A stretch of DNA of 64,000 nucleotides from Eledone cirrhosa. Lineage: Eukaryota. The translations under genes and the position numbers were made by a program. Positions 1 through 64,000 of this stretch are shown here, in pieces; positions within the stretch are counted from its first letter, which is position 1, and each line of letters begins with the position of its first letter. Location: positions 16,306,001-16,370,000 of the forward strand of contig OZ024756.1 in the NCBI GenBank assembly GCA_964016885.1, given 5' to 3'. The notes beneath the pieces are model-generated. The model was given only the letters and a program-made list of their open reading frames with translations, was not told where the DNA came from and did not search any database.

Positions 1-1135
1 TGATCGAAGATCGATGTTGGTATAGGCGAGCCTTGAAAGAAGTTGCGGTACATCCGACGTAATACCATTTGTTGGTCCCGGAATTTATTGTACACCGGTA
101 GGCAATATTGCGTGCTAGGCACTGGTTATTCAGTGGGCACGTACCTGGTTTGGTGCAGTTACAACTATTTTTATGTTTTGCAGTAGAATCCTGGATAGTT
201 TGGTGGGGTTGTGGTTGCGTGTTAGTGCGTTGCATGTTGCTATGCTGGTGCGCTGAGTCATTAGGATGTACTTATTCAGTTTTGCTGAGTTGAGTTTTCT
301 AATTAGTTGTTCTATGTTAGGTGCAGTGGAGTATGAGAGTCTAATGGTGCGCGAGTTAAAGATTTTATAGTATTTATGTGAAGTTGTAAAGTGTTTATTG
401 ATTAGTGTATAGAATTGTGAGATAATCTTAGTGCTAATAGAAGAATTGTACACGGGGTTATACCATATGTACTCTCTACGTCTGACTCTATTTGCTGGTT
501 TGCACCTGTTAGTATGCCTATTGATGTGTGTGGTGCAATACTAGTTCGACTTAGATGTGTTTTATTCATAGTACTTATGTGGTTATCGTCTAGATATTCA
601 ATTTTCTCGCAGTAACCAGCTTTTCTAAGTGCGTCATTATAATATTCAGCATGCTCGTTGAAGGTCTGCAAATTAGACGACAGTCGGGAGATCCTTATGG
701 ATATATTTTTAGGGATAGATTTAATAATGGAATGAGGATGGTTCGATTTTACATTAACGTACTTAAGATTTTCATTAAGTTTGTGAAATGGCTCTATATT
801 ACCGTTATTAAGGTTGAAGGTAACATCCAAGAAGTTGACCACCTTAAGATTGTGTTCAAAGGTAATATTAAGCCCTAGTTCTAAGAAAAGTTTCCTAATG
901 TTTTTACGTCGCCTTTCTAGGTTTTGTTTGTTCATATTCTTGACTAATAGAAGTGTATCGTCGCGGTATATTCCGCCGTGGAGGTCCGTAAATTCGCTCT
1001 GGAGTCTATGGGCTATATAGATCCCAACCAAATCCGTGACCTCCGCCGAATCATTAGAACCCATCGTAATGTCGAATTCCGAGGGTCTATCCCTGCGGAC
1101 CCAATAACTATTTTCAAAGTGCACTACTGTGCGTC
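1..1135 (-). mobile_element. Penelope-like retroelement (RT plus GIY-YIG endonuclease), 5'-truncated with two frameshifts
   Basis: ITMGS, GIYRDD, VNFLDVTF, KSNHP, IWYNPVYN, then CNCTKPGTCPLNNQC and NIAY..YYVG..FKARLYQH; abuts a (TA)n tract. Confidence 0.9.
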
Positions 1136-1145
1136 TAGCTTCAAG

Positions 1146-1146
<1 letters not shown>

Positions 1147-1184
<38 letters not shown>

Positions 1185-1304
1185 ATGTTTATATATATAT
1201 ATATATGTTTATATATATATATATATGTTTATATATATATATATATGTTTATATATATATATATATGTTTATATATATATATATATGTTTATATATATAT
1301 ATAT

Positions 1305-1350
<46 letters not shown>

Positions 1351-1657
1351 TGTCCCCCAAAATGTGTACATATTTCAACAGCATCCTAATAAATATTGCC
1401 TGTACAGGTAATCAAAGTGTGTATACATTTTTTGGGACACCCTGGGTATATATATGTAAAAGATATATGTATATATAGAGAAAGAACTATATATACAAGA
1501 GAATACACAATATATTGTAGATATATATTGTATATATATATACAATATATTGTATATATATACAATATATTGTATATATATATATATATACAATATATTA
1601 TGTATTCTCTTTGATATATAGTCCTTTCTCTATATATACATATATCTTTCACGTTTG

Positions 1658-1717
<60 letters not shown>
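1147..1717. repeat. (TA)n microsatellite block containing an imperfect inverted repeat (about 1455-1650)
   Basis: Direct reading; agatatatgtatatatagagaaag pairs with ctttctctatatatacatatatct. Confidence 0.9.
1348..1444. mobile_element. Tc1/mariner-type MITE (related half copy at 27465-27516)
   Basis: TA-CAG(gg)TGTCCCC-AAAATGT.. and ..ACATTTTTTGGGACACCCTG terminal inverted repeats. Confidence 0.65.
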
Positions 1718-1719
<2 letters not shown>

Positions 1720-1789
1720 GTGTGTGTGTTTAAAGTTTATGATGTTAGTGTGTCTTTCGAGGAAGATTTGACTGCTACTTCTAGCATTT

Positions 1790-3010
1790 CTATGGAACAC
1801 GTGAAGTGTATGTACTTTCTTTTGTTCGTTGCTCCGTTGTTATGTAAGGTTCTCTAAACAGCAATTTGAGCATATTTGGGGGCTTGACCCAGACCTCTTC
1901 TCCCACTTGCATGAATGCATGCTCTCTCTCTCTTCCACAGGTCATTGTAACAACGTGCACGGATGTCGCCATTCATATCTCTCTCCCAGCGTGGCACTCA
2001 CTACGAGTAAAGTGGCCAAATCAGTGCAAATCTCTATGGTTCACAGGGTGAGATTCACTCCCTTCAGCATGGCGTTCAATTTGGCCTTGTTGATGTGGTT
2101 GCAGTCTTCCTTCTTCCTAAGACAGGCTGCATCCTCGACCTCAACACCCCCTATTTCCAGAATGACCCGTAGCACTTTGCTGCTGGCGTCACGCCGCCAT
2201 ACGGTCCTGTTCCCCAATTTGGGTACATAAAGCTTTCTTTTACTGGGTCATCTGCCTCCACAACCTCCCACATCATGGCCACTGTCCTTTCTCCCACTCT
2301 CTCCCCAACCCACCCTGCCACCGTCCTTACTCCCACCCTCTCCCCTGCCACCGGTCCTTTCTCCCACTCTTTCCCCCACTCTCTCCCCAACCCACCCTGC
2401 CACCGTCCTTACTCCCACCCTCTCCCCTGCCACCGTCCTTACTCCCACTATCTCCCCAGCCCACCCTGCCACCATCCTTTCCCCCACCCTCTCTCCAGCC
2501 CACCCTGCCACCGTCCTTACTCCCACTATCTCCCCAGCCCACCCTGCCACCATCCTTTCTCCAGCCCACCCTTTCTCCCACCCTCTCCCCAGCCCACCCT
2601 GCCACTGTCCTTTCTCCCACTATCTCCTCAGCCCACCCTGCCACCTTCCTTACTCCCCCTACCTCCCCAGCTCACCCTGTCACCATCCTTTCTCCCACCC
2701 TCTCTCCAGCCCACCCTGCCACCGTCCTTACTCCCACCGTCCTTACTCCCACTATCTCCCCAGCTCACCCTGTCACCATCCTTTCTCCCACCCTCTCTCC
2801 AGCCCACCCTTTCTCCCACCCTCTTCCCAGCCCACCCTGCCACCGTCCTTTCTCCCACCCTCTTCCCAGCCCACCCTGCCACCGTCCTTTCTCCCACTCT
2901 CTCCCTGCTTGTCTCTTGACCTAACTGCATGCTGTTCTGAGTCACCACACAGTTTGATAGTGGCCCCCTCACTTCTGGCAAGACCTCCATGCACTTACTT
3001 ATGGCTCTTT
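1790..3010 (-). mobile_element. Degenerate LTR-retrotransposon pol remnant, interrupted by a C-rich minisatellite
   Basis: Minus-strand RNase H-like VWRRDASSKVLRVILEIGGVEVEDAACLRKKEDCNHINKAKLNAMLKGVNL..TD and integrase C-terminus-like VGEEVWVKPP. Confidence 0.65.
2270..2910. repeat. C-rich minisatellite (cccaccctgccaccgtccttactcccac variants)
   Basis: Direct reading; the minus strand is G-run rich. Confidence 0.9.
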
Positions 3011-3190
3011 AGCCCAGACAACGAAAGTGAAAGATAATATTGAAATAAATGTTGACTGTGTGTTTACCTGGAGTTAGCAATTTGTTTAATTATCTAAAAA
3101 TACTTTTAATTAATTAATGGATTAATTGAACATTCCTTCTCGGCTGAAGGAAATAAAAAAAACCAGCGGTAGTTGTCAGGCATTATGTAA

Positions 3191-4243
3191 ATCGGTAGAG
3201 GGTCGGACGCCATGCTTTGATGCAAAGACTTACGGCCCTTTCCATTCTGAGTTCAAATCTCGCCGAGGTTAACTTTGCCTTTCATCCTTACAGGGTCGAT
3301 AAAATAAAGTACCAGTAATACACTGGGTAATTGCTGGCCTTGTGCCTAAAGTAGAAACAATTATGTAAATGCTTTGCAGCATAGAGTTACGGCCCTTTAT
3401 GACCTGAGTTCCAATCCCGCCGAGGTTAACTTTGCCTTTCATCCTTACAGGGTCGATAAAATAAAGTACCAGTAATGTACTGGGTAATTGCTGGCCTTGT
3501 GCCTAAAGTAGAAACAATTATGTAAATGCTTTGCAGCATAGAGTTACGGCCCTTTATGACCTGAGTTCCAATCCCGCCGAGGTTAACTTTGCCTTTCATC
3601 CTTACAGGGTCGATAAAATAAAGTACCAGTAATACACTGGGTAATTGCTGGCCTTGTGCCTAAAGTAGAAACAATTATGTAAATGCTTTGCAGCATAGAG
3701 TTACGGCCCTTTATGACCTGAGTTCCAATCCCGCCGAGGTTAACTTTGCCTTTCATCCTTACAGGGTCGATAAAATAAAGTACCAGTAATGTACTGGGTA
3801 ATTGCTGGCCTTGTGCCAAAAGTAGAAAGAATTATGTAACAGTAAGGTGGTGGATTGGCAGAATCGGTAGAGCGTCAGACACCATGTTTTGCAGCATAGA
3901 GTTATGGCCCTTTACGATCTGAGTTCAAATCCTGCCGAGGTTAGCTTTGCCTTTCACCCTTACGAGGTCGATTAAATAAAGTACCAGTAATACACTGGGA
4001 TAATTGCTGGCCTTGTGCCAAACGTAGAAACAATTATGTAATAGTCAGTATTAATTAGTGGTGGATTGGCAGTATCGGTAGAGGGTCGGACGCCATGCTT
4101 TCCAGCATAGTTACGTCCCTTTATGATCTGAGTTCAAATCCCGCCGAGGTTGACTTTGCCTTTCATCCTTACGGGGTCGATAAAATAAAGTACCAGTAAT
4201 GCACTGGGTAATTTGCTGGCCTTGTGCCTAAAGTAGAAACAAT
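3191..4243 (+). mobile_element. Tandem array of tRNA-derived SINE family B (157-bp period, about 6 units)
   Basis: cgaggttaac recurs at 3264, 3421, 3578 and 3735; A-box-like tggcagaatcgg and B-box gagttcaaatcc. Confidence 0.85.
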
Positions 4244-4256
4244 TAATTAGATAAAG

Positions 4257-4700
4257 GGTTAGTGACTGAAGGGGAGTACTACTGGTGTTAGTGAGGGGGG
4301 GTACTACTAGTGTTAGTGAGGGGAGTACTACTGGTGTTAGTGAGGGGGGGGGTACTACTGGTGTTAGTGAGGGGGGGGTACTACTGGTGTTAGTGAAAGG
4401 GGGGTACTACTGGTGTTAGTGAGGGGGGTACTACTGATGTTAGTGAAAGGGGGGTACTACTGGTGTTAGTGAGGGGGGTACTACTGGTGTTAGTGAGGGG
4501 GGGGTACTACTGGTGTTAGTGAGGGGGGTACTACTGGTGTTAGTGAGGGGAGGTACTACTGGTGTTAGTGTGGGGGGGTACTTCTGGTGTTAGTGAGGGG
4601 GGGTACTTCTGGTGTTAGTGAGGGGTGGGGGAACTTCTGGTGTTAGTGAGGGGTGGGGGAGTACTACTGGTGTTAGTGGAGGGGGTTACTACTGGTGTGA
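4257..4700. repeat. 26-28 bp G-rich minisatellite, about 16 copies
   Basis: gtactactggtgttagtgaG(5-9) unit. Confidence 0.92.
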
Positions 4701-5059
4701 CTCACTCACTCATATATATATATATATACACACATATATAATTACCTGTAATTCAAAGGCTCAACCTTGTCACACACTGAATTTCCCTGAGAATTTCATT
4801 AATGGCACATAAATCTGTGGAATGCTCTGCTACGTACCCATTAATTTCATGAGCAAGCAGTTCAGTTAATTGAACAACTGGAATATTCATCATCGAAAGC
4901 AACCGATACGTGAGTAGGAGTACTTCACTTCTAATTAATTAACTTTAAAACATAGAAACGTAATCTCTAAAGAAAATAGCAGAATGTTGTTCTCATTTGT
5001 GAACATTTTTACAGTAAGGTTTATAAACTGTAGTCATACGTACATTAAATCTGTTTATT

Positions 5060-5700
5060 TTGGAGTTGTACATGTCTGGCAGGTGACTTGATCTGAGACT
5101 GTGTGTTGAAACGAGAACAATTATATCATGGAAGAGTCATTTTAGCCACAGTTGTACATGTCTGGCAGGTGATTTGATCTGAGACTGTCATCATCATCAT
5201 CATCATCATTTTACGTCCACTTTTCCCTGCTTGCAAGGGTGGGACGGGAACTGATTCTGGTTTGATTTCTACAGCTGGATGCCCTTCCTAACACCAACCT
5301 CATTTACAGTGAGTGGTGGGTGCTTTTTTGCCGTGGCACCTCCACGACCACTTTGCAGTGGAATGATAGGGACCCCAGTCCCTATCATCTTATTTCTACA
5401 GCTGAGTAAACTGGAGCAATGTGAAATAAAGTGTCTTGCTCAAGGAAACAACACATCACCCGGTCTGAGAATTGAACTCACAACCTTTTGATTGCAAGGC
5501 CAATGCTCTAACCACTAAGCCATGTGCCTCCACTGTGTGCTGTTGTACATGTCTGGCAGGTGACTTGATCTGAGATTGTGTTAAAACTTAAACAATTACA
5601 TCATGGAAGAGTCGTTTTAACTATAGTTGTACATGTCAGGCAGGTGACTTGATCTGAGACTGTTGAAACTAAAACAATTACATCATGGAAGAGTCATTTT
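5060..5700. repeat. About 85-bp tandem repeat (4 units) split by a SINE
   Basis: gttgtacatgtctggcaggtgacttgatctgagactgt unit. Confidence 0.8.
5188..5531 (-). mobile_element. tRNA-head CORE-like SINE with RTE tail (family A)
   Basis: A box tggcttagtgg, B box gagttcaattc, CORE-like ccttgagcaagacactt..ctcagctgtagaaat, (GAT)n tail. Confidence 0.88.
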
Positions 5701-5864
5701 AATCTTTCAAATTCAAGCAGTTTTTGTGTTTTCTTTACCTGAATGAAATTTATCTGAGATATTATAATATATACAGTATTGTATATAAATATTGTCAAGA
5801 TATAGCTTACATCTCTCACACACACACACACACACACACTCTCTCTCTCTCTATATATATATCA

Positions 5865-6240
5865 TCATCATCATCTTTTTGTCGTGACATCTACATGACA
5901 ACTTTACAGAGAAAGGGTGGTGTGGGAGGATGGAATAGAGTGTGTGGTGTAGGGTGTATATTGGGTTAAGAGGTCCCTGTACATAAAGGAAGGTGGGTCT
6001 TCTGTATTACTGCATAACGCAGAGAGGTGTAAGTGTGCAAGGTCAGTTTTTATCATGTCGTCCCAGATTTTTCTGGGTCTACCTACTCCGTAACTTCCAT
6101 TAATTTTCATTGCCCTGGTCTTTTTTTATACAGTTGCCGTCCTTCATATGCATCACATGACCATACAACGTAATTTCCTCTCAAGTAAACTGCATCTAAT
6201 CCCTCTTATTCCTAATTTCTCACTTAATTTATTTACGTTT
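5865..6240 (-). mobile_element. RTE LINE 3' fragment
   Basis: GVGRPRKIWDDMIKTDL and a (GAT)n tail. Confidence 0.75.
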
Positions 6241-6246
6241 TGCCAT

Positions 6247-6555
6247 TCACTTTACAGTGTGGACTGGGCACTTTTGTTGTGTCACCAACACAACCACTTT
6301 ACATGGGGCCTGGGCAATTTTGTTGTGTCACCAACACAACCACTTTACAGTGGGGCCTGGGCAGTTTTGTTGTGTCACCAACACAACCACTTTACAGTGG
6401 GGCCTGGGCACTTTTGTTGTGTCACCAACACAACCACTTTACATGGGGCCTGGGCACTTTTGTTGTGTCACCAACACAACCACTTTACATGGGGCCTGGG
6501 CAGTTTTGTTGTGTCACCAACACAACCACTTTACAGTGGGGCCTGGGCAGTTTTG
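6247..6555. repeat. 46/47-bp tandem repeat, about 6.5 copies, derived from a SINE segment
   Basis: cactttaca(g)tggggcctgggcagttttgttgtgtcaccaacacaac. Confidence 0.9.
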
Positions 6556-6743
6556 TCTTGGGACTGGGGAGGGTGGAGTAGCTTGGGGGAAAATGTGGAC
6601 AGGGAAGTAGGATAGGTATGGTTACTGCTAAGGGAGGTGTATGAGAGGGAATAGCAGGTTGGGGAAGGTGTTGCCTATCAGAATAATAGAGGGTGGGTCT
6701 TCCTTAAAACTGCATAACGTCAGAGGTCGCAGTCTTGAGTCAT

Positions 6744-7146
6744 ATCATCATCATTATCATCATCACCGTTTTTTACGTCTGTTCTTCCACGCTAGCATGG
6801 GTTAGACGGGTTGTCCTGTTGTGGGCAGTGTCCAGTTGGCTGACCTTGTCTTGCTCATACGGGAACTGATTCTGGCTTGATTTCTACAGCTGGATGCCCT
6901 TCCTAACACCAAACTCATTTAGAGTGAGTGCTGGGTGCTTTTTTGCCGTGGCACCTCCACGACCACTTTGCAGTGGAATGATAGGGACCCCAGCCCTATA
7001 ATCTCATTTCTACAGCTGAGTAAACTGGAGCAATGTGAAATAAAGTGTCTTGCTCAAGGAAACAACACATCACCCGGTCTGAGAATTGAACTCACAATCT
7101 TTCGATTGCAAGCCCAGTGCTCTATCCACTAAGCCATGCGCCTTCA
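6744..7146 (-). mobile_element. Family A SINE joined to a variant RTE-type tail
   Basis: Same body as 5188-5531. Confidence 0.8.
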
Positions 7147-7169
7147 TATATATATATATATGTAATATA

Positions 7170-7580
7170 TAATTTTCAGTAGCATCACTCCACATAAATT
7201 CCTCAATTTAAGAATGACCTGTAGTATCTATTTCATACTATTAACCTTATTTGAAAATATATCTGACCAAGAATGCCTTTTTGTGAAAATCAGTCATGTG
7301 GAACTATTGTCATCTTGCCTGATGGTTTGAACCTCACAGAACCACCTGCCTGTCAAATACCAACCTACTACCATCTACAAACTGACAACATCAAAGTATG
7401 CCTAACAAGCTCATATGTCCCAAGGCTCTGATACCATCAACACTATACACACAGAGCTGGCATATCTAAGAACTGACTAACTGCCTGATGAGGTCATAGC
7501 CATTCAATGGCTATCATCGAAATATATATAGCAGTAAATAAAGGATTATGAGTTCATGCAATTGACTTATGTTTCGTCAC
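7170..7580 (+). mobile_element. Penelope-like 3' end / pLTR remnant
   Basis: Degenerate LPDGLN (typical PLE endonuclease C-terminus) followed by a hammerhead; flanked by (TA)n. Confidence 0.55.
7480..7535 (+). ncRNA. Minimal type I hammerhead ribozyme
   Basis: actgc-CTGATGA-ggtc[atagccat tca atggctat]catc-GAAA-tatata-TA-gcagt; stems I and II pair; stem III loop is palindromic. Confidence 0.8.
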
Positions 7581-7617
<37 letters not shown>

Positions 7618-8002
7618 TCAGGATTTTAATTATTCCTTGTAGTTACACAAGGTTACCAACACTTGAAGGTAGTTGACACAACAGCAACAGTAACAGCAAC
7701 AGTAACAACGACTGAGAAATTTGGATAAATTTGTTAAAACAGCACCAACTCATTATCTAATTGACCTAATTAACTGTATTAAGGTGGAACCAGGTAACAG
7801 GTAAAGTTGGCAGTGAGAAGGAGGAGGAAAAAGAAAGAACGAGGAAGAAAAAAGAAAAAGAAGAAAATAGAAGGAAAAGAAGTCATTTAGTAAACACTAG
7901 AAAAACAACACAAAAGAGAGAGAGTGTGACTTGATCAAATTTGTTGTTCTTCCTATTTCTATGATGATGAAAGTCAAATAAATAACTATTTTGTTGAGAG
8001 GG

Positions 8003-8250
8003 TCATGGGGGAAGAGTCCTCAAACACTCCTTCCAGCGGGTCCTGTCAGAAGCAACCGTCTCCAACTGATCTGGTTGGATCCCCAAGCGAGACCAGCCAA
8101 GCTCATGGATGTTATCCAACCATCTTGCTTTGGGGTCTGCCCATAGGGATCCTGCTGGTTGGTTTTGCCTGTAAAATCTGTCCAGCGATTCTTTCCTGAG
8201 ACATTCTAACCACATGACCATAGTATCAAAGCTGTGATCTCTCAATTCAG
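8003..8250 (-). mobile_element. RTE LINE 3' fragment
   Basis: RWLDNIHELGWSRLGI..ASDRTRWK. Confidence 0.7.
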
Positions 8251-9160
8251 AGAAGTAGTAGCTCTATCTGGAGTGTCTCTCCAGTGATTCTTTCCTGAGA
8301 CATTCTAACCACAAGCCCATAGTATCGAAGCTGTGATCTCTCAATTCAGAGAAGTAGTAGCTCTATCTGGAGTGTCTCTCCAGTGATTCTTTCCTGAGAC
8401 ATTCTAACCACAAGCCCATAGTATCGAAGCTGTGATCTCTCAATTCAGAGAAGTAGTAGCTCTATCTGGAGTGTCTCTCCAGTGATTCTTTCCTGAGACA
8501 TTCTAACCACAAGCCCATAGTATCGAAGCTGTGATCTCTCAATTCAGAGAAGTAGTGGCTCTATCTGGAGTGTCTCTCCAGTGATTCTTTCCTGAGACAT
8601 TCTAACCACAAGCCCATAGTATCGAAGCTGTGATCTCTCAATTCAGAGAAGTAGTAGCTCTATCTGGAGTGTCTCTCCAGTGATTCTTTCCTGAGACATT
8701 CTAACCACAAGCCCATAGTATCGAAGCTGTGATCTCTCAATTCAGAGAAGTAGTGGCTCTATCTGGAGTGTCTCTCCAGTGATTCTTTCCTGAGACATTC
8801 TAACCACAAGCCCATAGTATCGAAGCTGTAATCTCTCAATTCAGAGAAGTAGTGGCTCTATCTGGAGTGTCTCTCCAGCGATTCTTTCCTGAGACATTCT
8901 AACCACAAGCCCATAGTATCGAAGCTGTGATCTCTCAATTCAGAGAAGTAGTGGCTCTATCTGGAGTGTCTCTCCAGTGATTCTTTCCTGAGACATTCTA
9001 ACCACATGCCCATAGTATCGAAGCTGTGATCTCCCAATTCAGTGAAGTAGTGGCTCTATCTGGAGTGTCTCTCCAGTGATTCTTTCCTGAGACATTCTAA
9101 CCACAAGCCCATAGTATCGAAGTCGTGATCTCTCAATTCAGAGAAGGAGTGACTCTCTTA
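8181..9160. repeat. 99-bp tandem repeat, about 10 near-identical copies, amplified from the RTE fragment
   Basis: ccagtgattc at 8281, 8380 and onward. Confidence 0.93.
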
Positions 9161-9273
9161 TCTCCGAGTTACATCCCTTTCATATGTTTTTTCTAATACG
9201 TATTGCTGTTGTTTTTTTTTTTTTTTTTTTTTTTTTTAAATAATTTTATTTTATTTATTATCTTATATTTCAG

Positions 9274-64000
<54,727 letters not shown>

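Noticed and set aside
5279-5491. Recurrent ORF MPFLTPTSFTVS..LEQCEIKC
   Set aside because: Antisense translation of the family A SINE, not a gene family.
5455-5531. tRNA-like sequence (also at other SINE heads)
   Set aside because: It continues into a SINE body and tail, so it is not a standalone tRNA gene.
1-9273. First coding exon and promoter of the ABCC gene
   Set aside because: No convincing ATG exon with a phase-0 donor was seen; it probably lies upstream of the window.

Overview
This is AT-rich, repeat-dense animal genomic DNA, most likely from a coleoid cephalopod such as Octopus; that is inferred from the tRNA/CORE SINEs with RTE tails and the microsatellite load. One gene spans almost the whole window on the + strand: an ABCC1/MRP1-like ABC transporter. 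I traced 19 GT-AG exons from 9274 to the window end. They splice into one open frame of about 925 codons covering TMD0, L0, TMD1, NBD1 and the linker. The first coding exon was not found and the 3' half lies beyond the window. The introns hold a near-intact RTE LINE, a near-intact Proto2/CR1-like LINE nested in a non-autonomous RTE element, and Penelope-like (PLE) and LTR remnants. They also hold several SINE families, TTAA piggyBac-type MITEs, Tc1/pogo MITEs and many satellites. The most unusual signals are: several minimal hammerhead ribozymes, often inside long palindromes; tandem arrays that amplify the gene's own splice donor or acceptor; a 6.5-kb satellite of acceptor-like units; and altered substrate-pocket residues in the transporter. 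There is no CRISPR array or prokaryotic system. Exon numbers assume one missing upstream exon.
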